A DNA stretch of 64,000 bases from Mobula hypostoma. Taxonomy: Eukaryota. The notes beneath the pieces are model-generated. The model saw only the letters and a program-made list of their open reading frames with translations, was not told the origin of the DNA and did not search any database. Shown one piece after another: positions 11,011 to 23,984 of the stretch. The first letter of the stretch is position 1. Each line of letters begins with the position of its first letter. A program made the position numbers and the translations under genes. Location of the stretch: assembly GCF_963921235.1 (NCBI RefSeq), contig NC_086097.1, positions 77,874,001 to 77,938,000 on the forward strand, in the 5' to 3' direction.

Positions 11011-13624
11011 AGGTGGAAGGAGCATCAATCACAGAACAGTTTGTGGAATTAATGATAATTTAGTTAGAAATACTTTCAAAAGAGGGAAAATATATACTCA
11101 GAGTAAATATCCTGAAAAGTCATTTTCAACTTTGCTTGATTGATATGACAAATGTGAATTAGAAATAGCAATTTGATAAATCAGTATCAGTAAAACTCCA
11201 TAATGTGGTTCAGAGCAAACATGTTCCTCAAGGGAAAATTGTGACTGGATCTAAGACTGAATGAACATTAAGACTAAAGAAAGAATGTTTATATCTGACA
11301 TTACGCGTAGCAGAAGGGAAAGTTTGAATGCAAAGAGAAGCTTTGAATAAATGCTAGGATTTAAAAGCAAAGGAAATCCAAATCGACAGCATGTCTTGTA
11401 TAGATATCTTCAGAAGTTAATGCAACAGACTGAAAGAGCACACAATGAGATTTGTTGAATGCACTGTAAGCTTCAGTTCATGCTACAAGAAGTACTTTCC
11501 AGCAAAACTCCTTTGTATGAATCACATAAAAATCATGATTTGTGAGGGGGTCCTATCTCACCAGTGTTCAAAATCTGATTTTAAACAAACATGGCTTCTC
11601 GTCTCTAGGACAGATGGATGAGATTGAATAGCATGAGGAAACATTGTCTGCACAAGATCATATTTGTAGAACTGAAGTGTCTGAGCATTATCTGCCATGT
11701 TTCTTACTATAGAGAATCGACTTTGGAAGTTTTTCCTAGTAAAGTACTGTACATGGGGATATTAGAATAGGCTCAGAGAGCTAAATGACCTTCTCTGAGT
11801 CAGGGAAGGAAACCTATACTTAATCCTCATAGAAGGAAAGGAAAACCACTGCTCCTAGACCATTAATTCCTGAGTGTACAACAGGTAGGCCAGTTTACCA
11901 GTTAGTCTGTTGTTTCAAATGGATTCAGGACAACTATGATCTACCAGTATTTCTGTTTGATACATTACTTAGATATTCTTCAACCACTAACATATGAATC
12001 TGCACAATAAAATCCTTTCAGAGAAAATCCTCGCAATACTGAAAGTAGTGTTATGTTCCATATCTTTTAAAGTGGACACAAAACAGAGGTTAAACTCATG
12101 AGGAAATTGCTACCTAGAATTACATACAATGAGTCTTATAACATAACAAGTACAGCGCCTACTAACAAAAACCAGGACCCCACCTGAGCCCAAGGTTGTT
12201 ATCAAAGCAATTGCTGATGTTAAGTCCTTTACATGTCAAACTCATAAAGGAATACTGATAACATTTTTCATCATTCTTCTTGAATTTATACTGATTTGCC
12301 AATTATCACCAGCATAGAAGCTTGTATATTTATATGCAACTGACTGTTGTGCAGTTAATCCCTGAAATTAATACTGGGTTTTCTTTGTGATACCCTTCAC
12401 CATAATCAGAAAGATTTCTTTCACCAGCCACATCCAATTCCATATCTACGATCATTTCTACAGAGGCAAAGTATGCTGAGAGTGCAAGCAATAGGGGCTC
12501 CCATGAAAAACTAAAACAATTCCAGCCCAGTGCTTTACGTAATAAAATGGATAATGGATAAAAGAACAAATTGGCAAGACATCAATTAAGTCATGTCAAT
12601 ATGAATGTTGAAATAAACCATGCTCTGTTGGAATGAATAAAGTTTCTATTCATGACCTTGCCTATGGTATTTCATAGTGAGAAGATTGATCAGTTTTCAT
12701 TGTCTTTTGCAATTTGACTAAATAAAATATTAAAATGTGCTCTAACATTTGGGGCAAATCTGCCTTAGTTCTGACGTCCACTATGTTGAAACAATGGAAC
12801 TAAGGCAAATTCTTGGTTTTATTCAGGTAACTTGGACATGATGCTGGAACAGAAAGAGGCGTCCTAGAGAAGACCACGGTATTAGATTTATAATCATTCT
12901 GGTCAGTGAGTTGATGAAAATAAAACACAACTTGAAAGTTCACTTCTAAGAAATCATATCCAATGTCTCAAAGGAGCAACTTATTAACTGAGAACAAAAT
13001 ATCTCACATAGAGTAGTTCTGAGAATGCTGTCAATTGAGAGGTAAATCTGGGAAAAAAATTATAAAATAATTGAATATAATGGAATAAATTTTAAACAAG
13101 ATGCAGTTGGCCCCAGGACAGGCATTGCCACCTTTCTGAGAACATGTTTGTCAGAGAAATAATTTTTCAACAGAACTTTGGCAAAGTGGATACTCACAGT
13201 AACATTCTCATGTACAGGAATGATTTCAGTGGAACAAAACATGGAAAAGTACTCATTTTCAGGTTGGAATGATTCATGGGGGAAGATGTTGGTGCCAGAT
13301 TTTAGCTACTTCTTTCTCTTCATGTAACAGAGTAATAATATCCGCTAAGTCTTCCTCTATGTTATCAAATTCTTTCTTGACGAAGCTGTCTACCAGCACA
13401 TCTTTGGGGTGTGGGAGGAATGCAGAGCAATCACAGTAAACCCACAAATACACAAAACTCCACACTTGAAGCCTTGATTGATCCGGAGATGTGCACTAGT
13501 AGCACTAACTGGTGCATTACTTTGCCACCCACTCTCATGGGGAATATCACCTCCCCACTCACCCCTATGAAATTAATTGTATTTCAACTGATTGACAATG
13601 TCCAAAGCTCACTTCTAGCTTAGC

Positions 13625-15860
13625 CACAATCAGAATCAGGTTTATTATCACTGACCTACAGAACATCATGAAATTTATTGTTTTGTCACAGAGTACAGTG
13701 CACATCATAAAAATTATTATAAGTTTCAAAAATAAAGACATAAATAGTGCAAAAGAGGTAGTGTTCATGGTCTCTGCCAACTGATTTCTGAATGGACCTT
13801 GAACCCATCAAAACTACCTCACTTCTTTTTAAATTTCTGTTTTTGCACTGCTTATTTAATTTAACTATTATAGGCTCCAGTACCTCCTCCCTGATGGTAG
13901 CAATGAGAAGGAGGGGTGGGTCCTTAATGATGGATGCCATCTTCTTGAGGCCCTGCCTTTTGAAGGTGTCCTTTTGATGATTTGGAGGGATGTGCCTGTG
14001 ATGAAGCTGGCTGAGTTTACAATCCACTGTAGCTTCTTTTGATCTGTGGATTAGAGCCTTCACACCAGCTAGTCAGCATGCTCTCCACTGTGCATCTGTA
14101 GAGGTTTGCTAGAGTTTGTGATGACATGCTAAATCTCTTCAATCTTCAAATGAAGCATATCTGCTAATGTGCCTTCTCCATGATTGCATCAATATGTTCA
14201 GCTCAGGATGGACCTTCTGAGGTGTTGACGCATAGGATCTTGAAACTGCTCACCTTTTCCACTGCTGACCTCCAAGTGATGACTGATGTACGTTCTCCTG
14301 ACTTCCCTTTCCCGAAGTTCACAATCAATTCCTTGGTCTTGCTGATATTGAATGCATTATTTTTCGTAATACTAGTCAAGCAGTCATTCTATCTCATGCC
14401 TGTACTTTTCCTCATTGAGATTCTGCCCACAACAGCGGTGTCATCAGTGAATTTATCAATGGTGTTTGAACTGTGCCTGGTCATAGAGTCTAGAATGTAG
14501 AGAGTAGAGCTGTATGCTAAGCACACATCTTGAGGTGCTTCTGTGTTGATTGTTGGAGAGGAGGAGATGTTATTTCTGAACCCCCAATGAGGACATTACC
14601 AGTTGCAGGGGGAGGTCTGGAGGCCCAAGTTTTGAAGCGTTGAATAGCACTGAGGAGATTATGTTGTTGAATGCCAAGCTATAACCAATAAAGAGCAGCC
14701 CATCCTATGAGCTGCTTTTGTCCAAAGCCGAGTAGAAAGCCAATGAGATTGCACCTGCTGTCAACCAGTTGTAGTATTAGGCAAATTGCAGCAGGGCCAG
14801 ATCCCTGCTCAGGGGAGGAGTTAATTCTAGTCATGACCAACCTCTTAAAGCACTTCAGCACAGTAGATGTGAGTACTACTAAGCGATAGTTTTTAAGGTA
14901 GCTCACCCCTGCACTTTTTTGGGCATTGGTATGATTGATGGCTTTTCAAAGCAGCTGGGAACCTCCAACCATAACAGTGAGAGATTGAAGATGCCCTTGA
15001 ACATTTCAGCCAGTCGGTTTCCAGTGCCTTGCCGGGACCTGAAACCTGGTGAGGGTTTGCCATCTTGAAGGACGTTCTGATGTCAGTATCTGAGACAGAG
15101 ATCACAGGTTTGCCAGATGCTGTGGGGATTCGCACAGGTACAGTGTTATTCTCCCTTTCAATGTGTGCATAAAAGTCATTGAGCTTATCGGAGAATGAAG
15201 CTGTTAGGTTTCGCCTCATAGGAAGTGCTGGCAGGCAAACCCTGTAACAGTTGCATGTATCCAATTGTGTCTTTAACGACATTATGGCCTTTTCACACCC
15301 ATAATGACATTATGTGTCCCACCTAGATTTGTTTTAGAGTTCTGGATTGCACGTCTTGAACACCACAGATCTGGCCCTCAAGCAGACTGCAAACCTCCTC
15401 TAATACATGCAGAATGCTAGAGTTACTCAGCAGGCCAGGCAGCATCCATGGAAAAGAGTGAACAGCCGATCTTTGGTGCTGAAGGTCTCCGTAGATGCTG
15501 TCAGACCTGCTGAGTTCTTCCAGCATTTTGTGTGTATTACTTTGATATCCAGCATCTGCAGATTTCCTCTTGTCTGCAAATCTCCTGGTTCATCCAAGAC
15601 TTCTTCTGGTTTGGGATGTTTGCTATTTTCTCAAAGACACACATTCATCCACACAGGTCTTGGTGAAGTTGGTTTATTCATTCAGATTCGAAGAATACGG
15701 TCCAGTCCACTGATTCAAAGCATTCTTATAAACTCTCCTCCCCCTCCCTTGACTCTGTGGTCCTTTTCACTGGTACTGCAGTCCTCCGTCTCTGCCTATA
15801 TGCTGGAAGTAGAAGTATACCCAGATGATCAAACTAACTGGCGTGTGGGGCTGAGATGAC
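13625..15860 (-). mobile_element. Rex1/Babar-type LINE, highly degenerate, with nested PLE-derived repeat at 15400-15573
   Basis: YLKNYRLVVLTSTVLKCFKRLV and DKLNDFYAH. (TCTGAT) tail with 3' UTR motif aataaatttcatga at ~13625-13680. Confidence 0.8.
15400..15573. mobile_element. Short fold-back PLE-derived element with 13-bp TSD
   Basis: Arms agaatgctagagttactcagcagg / cctgctgagttcttccagcatttt. TSD ctgcaaacctcct (15387-15399) / ctgcaaatctcct (15574-15586). Confidence 0.75.
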
Positions 15861-16018
15861 ACAGTAAATGTTCTTGATGAAAGTGTAACAGTGATCAATT
15901 GAGCTGCCAGATTAAAGGTTTCTGTTGTATTACCATATTTATTTGATTGATATAAATGAAAATTTACATTGATAATTCTTATATATTCTTGTGCACTTAT
16001 TTTATGAAATGGTTTGAT

Positions 16019-16275
16019 ATTTATTTATTTAGCAATTCAGCATGAAAACGGGCCTTTCTGGCCCAATGAGCCTGTGCTGCCCAATTACACCCAGGTGACC
16101 AATTAACCGACTACTCACACGTCTTTGAAATGTCGGAGGAGACTAGAGCACTTGGAGGAAACCCATGCAGTCATGGGGAGAACGTGCAACCTCCTTACAC
16201 TCAGTGGTGGGAATTGAACCTGTGTCTCTAGTGCTGTAACAGCATTATGCTAACTACTCTGCCACCATGCCATTC
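16019..16275 (-). mobile_element. tRNA-derived V-SINE (HE1-like), near full length
   Basis: Minus strand has A-box-like TGGCAGAGTAG, B-box GGTTCAATTCC, V-domain-like tctccccatgactgcatgggtttcctcc, CR1-like 3' end gggccagaaaggcc and a (TAAA)n tail. Confidence 0.8.
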
Positions 16276-18039
16276 ACATTTGTTAGGTAAAGTTTACAAT
16301 GAATGTTATTGAAAGAGCAAAAGGGGATTCAGATGCCACAACTTAAGGAAATGTCTTTGTGGAAAAGAGGCCAAGACCATACCCTTCCTTAGACACCAAT
16401 CAGACTAGCACAGCGTGGGATTTGTCAGAAGGAGATAATGCTGAACTATTCTGAGACAGGTCGTGCCAACAGGGCTTTTACCAAACCATGAGAATTGTGG
16501 TATGCCAATCTACAAATACCATCCCAAGAAAAACAGCAGGAGTTGGACACACATTAAGTCTGCTCATCGTTTCAGTAAAATCAGGATAAATACCTAATTT
16601 TTCTGCCTGCTCACTATATCCCTTGATTCCCAAAAAGTCCAAAAGCTTTACATCTCTCTACAGCTTGGGGCTTTGAGGCCTCAGTCATCGTCCACCAATT
16701 AAGAAGAGGAATCACTCCGAGTATCTTGTGGTAAATTGAGTACAGTATATCTGAATACATTAAAGATTTTTCTTAGTGAGGATTGCCCCTCAGTAATATT
16801 GATCAGTTAGGCAGAGAGAGGATCTGTATTTATGGACAATTACCTTCATCGGCTCAGTTAGCAAACACATAAATTTACAAAACTAATTACCTGTGTGCAC
16901 ATCCACTAGGTTTCCCTGACCCTCCCAGAACAGTTGAAGAAGAGAGAAGGTAATACCCAGGAAAACGAGTCAGCTTCTGATATGATCTCCACATAACTAA
17001 CATGGAGTTCTCCGCATCCACGATGGTTGTTCTCCATTGAACTGTCACTGCTTGTGCTCCCAAAATCCGTTGGTCTTTTTCTTTTCCTTATCAGATCAAT
17101 CTGTGATATTTCAATTTCATTGGCTAAAGGTCATCTGACTGAACTGTCTCTCTTTCTCACTAGATGTGGCCTAAGGTGACAAGTAGTTCCTTTCAGCCTC
17201 GTGACCTAGGTAATGTCTTTTGATCTGTTCAACTCAAACTGGTTTAAACTAGTTTAAGCAAGTCAGTCAAACATTGGACCCAGCTGATCAGATCATAGAC
17301 CGGTTCTTCTGCAAATTTGCCATTTTACAAAATAAATAGCTTCTTATCTGAGAATGGTCTCAGATCATTAGCAGAATTTCCTTCCGTCCAACTTTGCTGG
17401 TTAAGTTATCCGGGAGCAAGAGCCAGGTCAACAAACAGACCTGGCTCTTGCCAGACCTGGCGCGTGAAAGAGCAATTTCACAAAATATTGCCTCCATTCC
17501 TGCAAACACACGGCAAGATTTTTGCTTTGTTCTATTTCTATTGCCCTTGCCTCATCTCTATTTGCTAATTTGTGGATTGTAGTTCTTTCTGGCCTACAGT
17601 GATTTGCATTTCCTTCATATGCAAAAAATTCTTTGGCAAGTTTTTGAAAGTTTTTAATGCTTTTGCATGTTGTTGAATATTTTGAAAGTCGGGGTACTTT
17701 TAGGGTTTGACAGCTTTACATTTGCAGCCAGACAATAGACATGTTCCTGGTTTGCTGTCCGTTTCAGGGATGGGGCTTAACCAACGGATTTCAATCTATG
17801 GCATCTACTCCACAGGGCCACGATTGCTCAATTATTAAGTATGTCATAGAGTCAGAGTGTCATACATGATGAAAATAAGCCCTGCGGCCCAACTGGACCA
17901 AGCTGACCACAGCATCCCCACTTTTGTCCCAGCTTTGGGCCCATAAAAACCCTCCGAGCTCTTTCCTGTCCAAATGCCTCTCCAATATTGCAATTGTGAA
18001 CTTTGATCACTTCCTCTTGCAGCTGGAGTACAAGTCTTT

Positions 18040-18212
18040 ATATTTAAGGCAGGCTGATAGATTCTTGATTGGTCAGGGCATGAAAGGTTACGGGGAGAAG
18101 GCAGGAGTTTGGGGCTGAGAGGAAAATTAGATCAGCCATGATGAAATGGCAGAGCAGACTCGATGGGTCGAATGCCCTAATTCTGCTCCTATATCTTATG
18201 GTCTTATGGTCT
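18040..18212 (+). mobile_element. CR1 3' end
   Basis: Conserved CR1 3' hairpin gatgggtcgaatgccctaattctgctcctat followed by a (CTTATGGT) octamer tail. Confidence 0.75.
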
Positions 18213-19281
18213 TCATTCCAAAGGTTCATTTATTATCAAAGTATATATGGAATATACTAATATGAGATTCTTCTCCAGTTAGCCACAAAACAAAGAAAAC
18301 CATGGAAGTAAGTTCAAAGAGAAACAGCAAACCCAACCCCTGCACAAATAAAGAACGGTGACATGATCATTAACCCTCCCAACACCCCCTCCCCACCCAC
18401 ACAAAAACAGGTAATCATTGCCCTCTGTGTAAAGAAGTTACCTCTGGGGTCTCTTTTAAATGTTTCCCCTGTTATCTTGTACCTGCACCGTTTTGGACTC
18501 TCCAAACCTGGCAAAAAGGCTACAACTTGTCCACCTTATCCACATTTCTCCTGATAATATAAAATTCTATGAGGTTACTTCTCATTCTCATGTGCTCTCC
18601 GAAGAATAAAAAAATCCAGGGCAAAATTTATTCAATTTGTGCATACGAAGTGGATTTAACAATATGTGCAATAAAGTTAACTTAAGGTTTACCTCAGGAA
18701 AAGGATCAGGTAGAGTTTTGTTGAATAATAAAGACCATTTGAGTAGGGGAATCCATTACTTTTGCAGGCAGAGGAGTTGAGGTATGGGAGTGTGTGACCA
18801 CTGGAGGGTGATGCTTGTCACCATTGACTCTGAAGGCATTAGTCTTCTGATGGAGTGAGAAAGGAAACACTGTTCCTGACAGATTCCTGGTGGCTCGACT
18901 TCAAAATCTTTCTCGCCTTTCTCCTTTGATCATGAGTCAGTACGAGGCTTCGCCCCACAGCCTTTGTCCTCCTTGTCCCAGTCACACAACAGACTAGCTG
19001 GGAGTCTTCCAAATATAATAAAATGACAATTGCAAAACTGTGGCAAGTCCAAAGTTCAGCACGGGTGACTGCAACTCACTTTCTTGCAAATGATTTCCAA
19101 ATCAACTCAAAAATAATTAATGATGCTGAACAGTTCAGCACAAGAACAGGACTTCTTGGTCTACAGTGTTGTGCCCAGTGCTAATCTCTTTGGTCCATTT
19201 CCTTCATTCTCTGCATACCTATATGCCTGCCTATAGGCACCTTAAACACTTTTGTCATATGGGTGAGAAGCCAGAAAGTGG

Positions 19282-20062
19282 TGTAACGCTCAGCTATATT
19301 GGCTCGTATATATCTAGGGGAAATCCCACCCAGCACCGACCTGAACGCTTCCCACGGAGTCGGTTGCTGTACCACTGCCACCCAAATCAATCCCAAACAT
19401 AAATCCTCAGCCAGCACACACAGTACGTTTTACCAAGTACATTTTATAGATGTTACTAAGTCTATGAAATTAATATAAATTTGATACAGAAAAGGAAGTA
19501 ATGGAGAAAAAAAGGCGCCAGACTTATCAAAGTTCAAGTTCTTCGTGCGCAAGTTGGAGCTAAGAAATTCCTGGTGACCACTCGGACCCCGTTGACTCCC
19601 GGCTTGGGACCACCCAGACCCCGTCAACTCGCGGCTCGGGACCACCCGGACCCCGCCGACTCGCGGCTCGGGACCACCCGGACCCCGTCGACTTGCAGCT
19701 CGGGACCACCTGGAGTGATCAACTGGAGCGTTTTCGCATGTCTGTCGTCCTCCCAGTCTCTCCTCCAACTCCCCGCCAAAACCCCGTCCACCGTTCTCCC
19801 CGTCTCTCCTCCGACTCGCCCCAAAAATCCCGTCCCCAGTCATATGACACAGCATTATCACCCCAAGAAATAATAACATGAGCACCCATTGGCTGATAGC
19901 ACCCTGCTGTCTGTATTAGCCCAAGCAAATGTCCAGCTAGAGACTTTCTCAGCATTTAACATAACAGAGAAGCCATTTTAATCCACATACGCAGCAGTTT
20001 AAAATATTAACATAACAAAGAAGCCATTTTAAATTTAACATACAAAGAAGAGACCCCGTACA
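19282..20062 (-). mobile_element. Solo LTR (781 bp)
   Basis: TGTAACG...CGTACA termini with a perfect 4-bp TSD GTGG (19278-19281 / 20063-20066), inserted in CR1. Strand inferred by analogy to the Gmr1 LTRs. Confidence 0.85.
19576..19710. repeat. CpG-rich 32-bp tandem repeat, ~4.2 copies, inside solo LTR
   Basis: Unit gaccacccggaccccgtcgactcgcggctcgg starts at 19576, 19608, 19640 and 19672, with a partial copy at 19704. Confidence 0.95.
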
Positions 20063-21059
20063 GTGGTAGTAGAAGATTGCCTCTCTGAGTGGAGGCCTGT
20101 GACTAGTGGTGTGTAACAGAGATCAGTGCTGAGTCCTTTGCTGTTTGTCATCTATATTAATAACCTGGATGATATTGTGGAGCTGGAGCTGCAGACTTGT
20201 AAATGACACCAAGATTGGGGATGTAGTGGACAGTGAGGAAGGCAATCATGGCTTGCAGAGAGATCTGGATCAGCTGGAAAAATGGGCTTAAAAATGGCAA
20301 ATGGAATTTAATGCAGACAAGTGCAAGGTTTTGCACTTCAGTAGGACCAATCAGGGTAGGTCTTACACAGTGAACAGTAGGGAAATGAGGAGTGTGATTG
20401 AACAAAGGGATCTGGGAATACAGGTACATAATTCACTGAAAGTGCTGTCACAGGTAGATAGGGTTCTAAAGAAAGCTTTTGGCACGTTAGCCTTCATAAA
20501 TCAATGTATTGAGTACAGAAAATGGGATGGTATTTTGAAGTTCTATAAGAAGTTGGTAAGGCCTAATTTGGAGTATTATGTGCAGTTTTGGTTACCTATC
20601 TACAGGAAAGATGTAAGCAACGGTGAAAGAGTGAAGAGAAAATTTACAAAGATGCTCTGGGTTTGGAGGGTCTGAGTTAGAAGGAAGAACTGAATTGGTT
20701 AGGACTGTATTCTTCAGAACATAGAAGGCTGAGAGGAGATTTGATAGAGGTAAACACAATTATGAGGGTATAGATAGAGTAAATGCAAGAAGGCTTTTTC
20801 CACTGAGGTTGTGTGGTCTACAGCCAGAGGTCATGGGCTAAGTGTGAAAAGTGAGAAGTTTAAGGGGAATGAGAAGAAGCATTTTCACTCAGAGGGTCAC
20901 AAGTGTGTAGAATGAGCCGCCAGCATAAGTGGTGCATACGAGCTTGATTTCAACATTTAAGGTAAGTTTGGATAGTAGTGATATGGAGGACTATGGTCCT
21001 GGTGCAGGTCACTGGGCTGAAGGGCCTGTTTCTGTGCCGTATTTCTCTATGCCTCTCTG

Positions 21060-22900
21060 AGTCCTTGAAAGTGACTCCATTTCAGCGGAAAGTTTAGTGA
21101 TGGGACGAGTGAAGTTGAGTGAAGTAATCCCCTCTGGTTCAAGAGGGTGATGGTTGAGGGATAATAACTTTTCTGAACCTGCATGGGGGTGTGGGTCCTG
21201 AGGCTCCCGTGCATTCTTCCTGATGGCAGCAGTGAGAAGATATCATGGCTTGGACAGAGGGGGTTTTGATGATGAATGCTGCTCCCCTGCAAAGGTACTC
21301 AGTGTAGATGTGCTTAATGGTGGGGAGATATTTATCCATGGCCATATCCACTACTTTTTGTGGGCTTTTCCGTACAAGGGCATTGGTGTTCCTGTACCAG
21401 GCCATGATGCAACCAGTCAATATACTCTCCACCACACATCTATAGAAGTTTGTCAAAGTTTTAGATGACATGCCAAATCTTCACAGACATTTAAGAAAAT
21501 AGAGGCACTGCCATGCTTTCTTTGTAATGACAGTTAGGTTCTGGATCCTGGACAGATATACTAAAGTGGTAACACTGAGGAATTTAAAGTTCCTGACCTT
21601 CTCCGCTTCTGATACCCTGATGAAGATTGGCTCATAGACCTCTGGTTCCCTCCTCCTGAAGTCAATAATCAGCTCCTTGGTCTTGCTGACATTGAGTGAG
21701 AAGTTGTTCTTGTCGCACTACTCTGCTAGATTTTTAGTCTCCCTCCCGTATGCTGATTCATCATCACACTTGATTCAGCCAACAATAGCATTGTCATCAG
21801 AAAACTTAAATATGGCATTGGAGCTGTGCTTAGTCTCACATTCGTAAGTATAGAGTGAGTAGAGTATGGGACTAAGCCTTGTGGTGCACCTGTGTTGAGG
21901 GAGGTTGTGGAGGAGATGTTGTTGTCAATCTGAATAATCTGGGATCTGCAAGTGAGGAAATCAAAGATCTTGTTGCACAAGGAGGTATTGAGGTCAAGGA
22001 CTTAAAACTTATTGATTAGTTGTGAGGGTCTGATAGTATTGATTGCTGAGCTGTAGTCAATAAAGAGCATCCTGATGTATGCAGCTCTGCTGTCCACATG
22101 TTTCAGGATTGAGTGAAGAGCCAATGAAATGGCATCTGCTGTTGACCTGTTGTGACAGTAGGCAAATTGGAGTGGATCCAAGTCACTTCTCAGGCAGGAG
22201 TTGATATGTTTTTTGTTGGCAACCTCTCAAAATACCTCATCACAGTGGATGTAAGTGCTACTGGATGATAGTCATTGAGGTAGGTTACCACGTTCTTCTT
22301 AGGTACCAGTATAATTGAAGCCTTCTTGAAGTAGGTGGGTACCATGGACTGCCAATGCGATATCAGTGAACCAGTGAACACTCCAGCCAGTTGATCTGCG
22401 CAGGTCATTAGTACTCGGCCAGGTACACTGTCTGGGCCAGGTGCTTTCTGTGAATTCAGCCTCCTGAAGGATACTCTCATATCAGCCTCAGAGACAGTAA
22501 TCACAGGGTCATCTGGGACAGTGGAAGTCCATAAAGGTGCCTCCATGTTTTCATGATCAAAGCGAGCATAGAAGGCATTGAGCTAATCTGGGAACAAATC
22601 CTTGTCACCTATGTTGCTTGGTTCCACTTTGTAGAAAGTGATAGCATTCAAGCCCTGCCACAGCTGTTGAGCATCCTCCATGATTCAAGTTTTGTCTGGA
22701 ATTGCCACTTCCCACATGAGATGGCTTCTGGAAATCATACCTGGACCTCTTGTATTTAACTTGGTTGGCAGTCTTGCATGCCACTGATCTGGCCCTCAGA
22801 AGATTGCAGATCCCATGGTTCATCCAGGACTTCTTTTTAGGAACCATTTTGTGGGGACACACTCGTCTACGACAGTTCTTATGAAGTCTGTGTACGACAA
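21060..22900 (-). mobile_element. Rex1/Babar-type LINE, degenerate
   Basis: [59 protein letters not shown] and TLTNFYRCVVESILTGCI. Confidence 0.88.
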
Positions 22901-23984
22901 CAGTGGTGTATTTTAACCAAGATATTAGCCTGGTTCTTCAGATCTGATTTCCTATCTATGCATTAGTTCAGTCCCACTGAGCAGAGGGAAACATAACTTA
23001 ATTTATTGTTTCATATAACTGAACTACTGGAAAGTCAAGGATGATAGCTTGTGATGGCAGTGTGTGGCTGTTTCAGATTATGGGCATGCCAAAGCATCCA
23101 TCTAGTAATGTGGAAAGTGACACCATGTGGTTAAAATTACTGCAAAATAAAAAGATAGTACGATTGTGATTAAAAAGTTAATAACACAATCCAGATTTCA
23201 ATTTTGGCATTGGTCAAAAGAAAACAGCTTTACACTTTCAATTAAATGGGTTATGTTGGAATTATAGAAGATGAAAAAGATGTTTTGTTTTTCTTGCTGC
23301 TGTAATGAAACAATTATCTATAAATGAGTTAGGTATTCTGATCATACTTGCTTTCTTGGCAACAACCATATGCTTGAAGAGCTCCATGTTTACATTTACT
23401 GGAAATTTACATCATTTGACAAGGAAAGAACGTAAGTTCCATTGCCATCAACATAATACGAAAACTTGTATCATGAAAAATTTCCTTTTGGAAGACCAGG
23501 TAGAGAAATTTCACCTCAAGTATGTTCAACTCTTCTGTCAGCTATTTTCTCCACTAAAATAAGTGGAATTACCTGTCTTTTTTTGTAGAAAAGGCAATGA
23601 CTGCATATAAGCAGATAGTCTTGTGTCATGTAACAATAAAAAGCAAAATTCCAAAACTCTCAATTGGTTGCATTGAAGTATTTGTGTGTATCTTGTGGAT
23701 ATAAGCTAGAAAATGCTAAGCTGGTCTGCATTCACAATAATTGAGCTTACTGCAGTGTAGTAAGTTCACAAATTTATTATCTCAGCGGTGAAAGGCAGAA
23801 TTATTAGACTAGTATCTGGGAGCTAACACCATTCATGCAGGCACAAGTGCAATTGCCAATAGTAGCAAGGGAATTTAAATTCAATTAAATTAGTAAGTAC
23901 AAGGTTAGAATGAGTGCTGGAGATCACAAGACATTAGGATGGTCATAAATACTCATTCAGCTCACTAATGTTCTTAGAGCTAAT

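Larger units (their letters stand above)
19255..21055 (+). mobile_element. CR1 LINE RT/3' portion, interrupted by solo LTR 19282-20062
   Basis: SQKVV|VEDCLSEWRPVTSGV joins across the LTR. Also MEFNADKCKVLHF..DLGIQVHNSLK..LVRPNLEYYVQFW and CR1 3' motif gggctgaagggcctgtttctgtg. Confidence 0.9.

Noticed and set aside
16200..16275. tRNA gene
   Set aside because: The A/B boxes belong to a SINE head; there is no cloverleaf and it continues into SINE core and tail.
16890..17105. Open frames on both strands with splice-like edges
   Set aside because: Several frames are open and none is recognisable; expected by chance at this length.
19576..19710. 32-bp repeats as a CRISPR array
   Set aside because: Units are head-to-tail with no unique spacers, lie inside a solo LTR, and there are no cas genes in this eukaryotic context.
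23333..23431. Plus-strand hydrophobic segment ending at a gtaagt donor
   Set aside because: Acceptor lacks a polypyrimidine tract and I see no homology.
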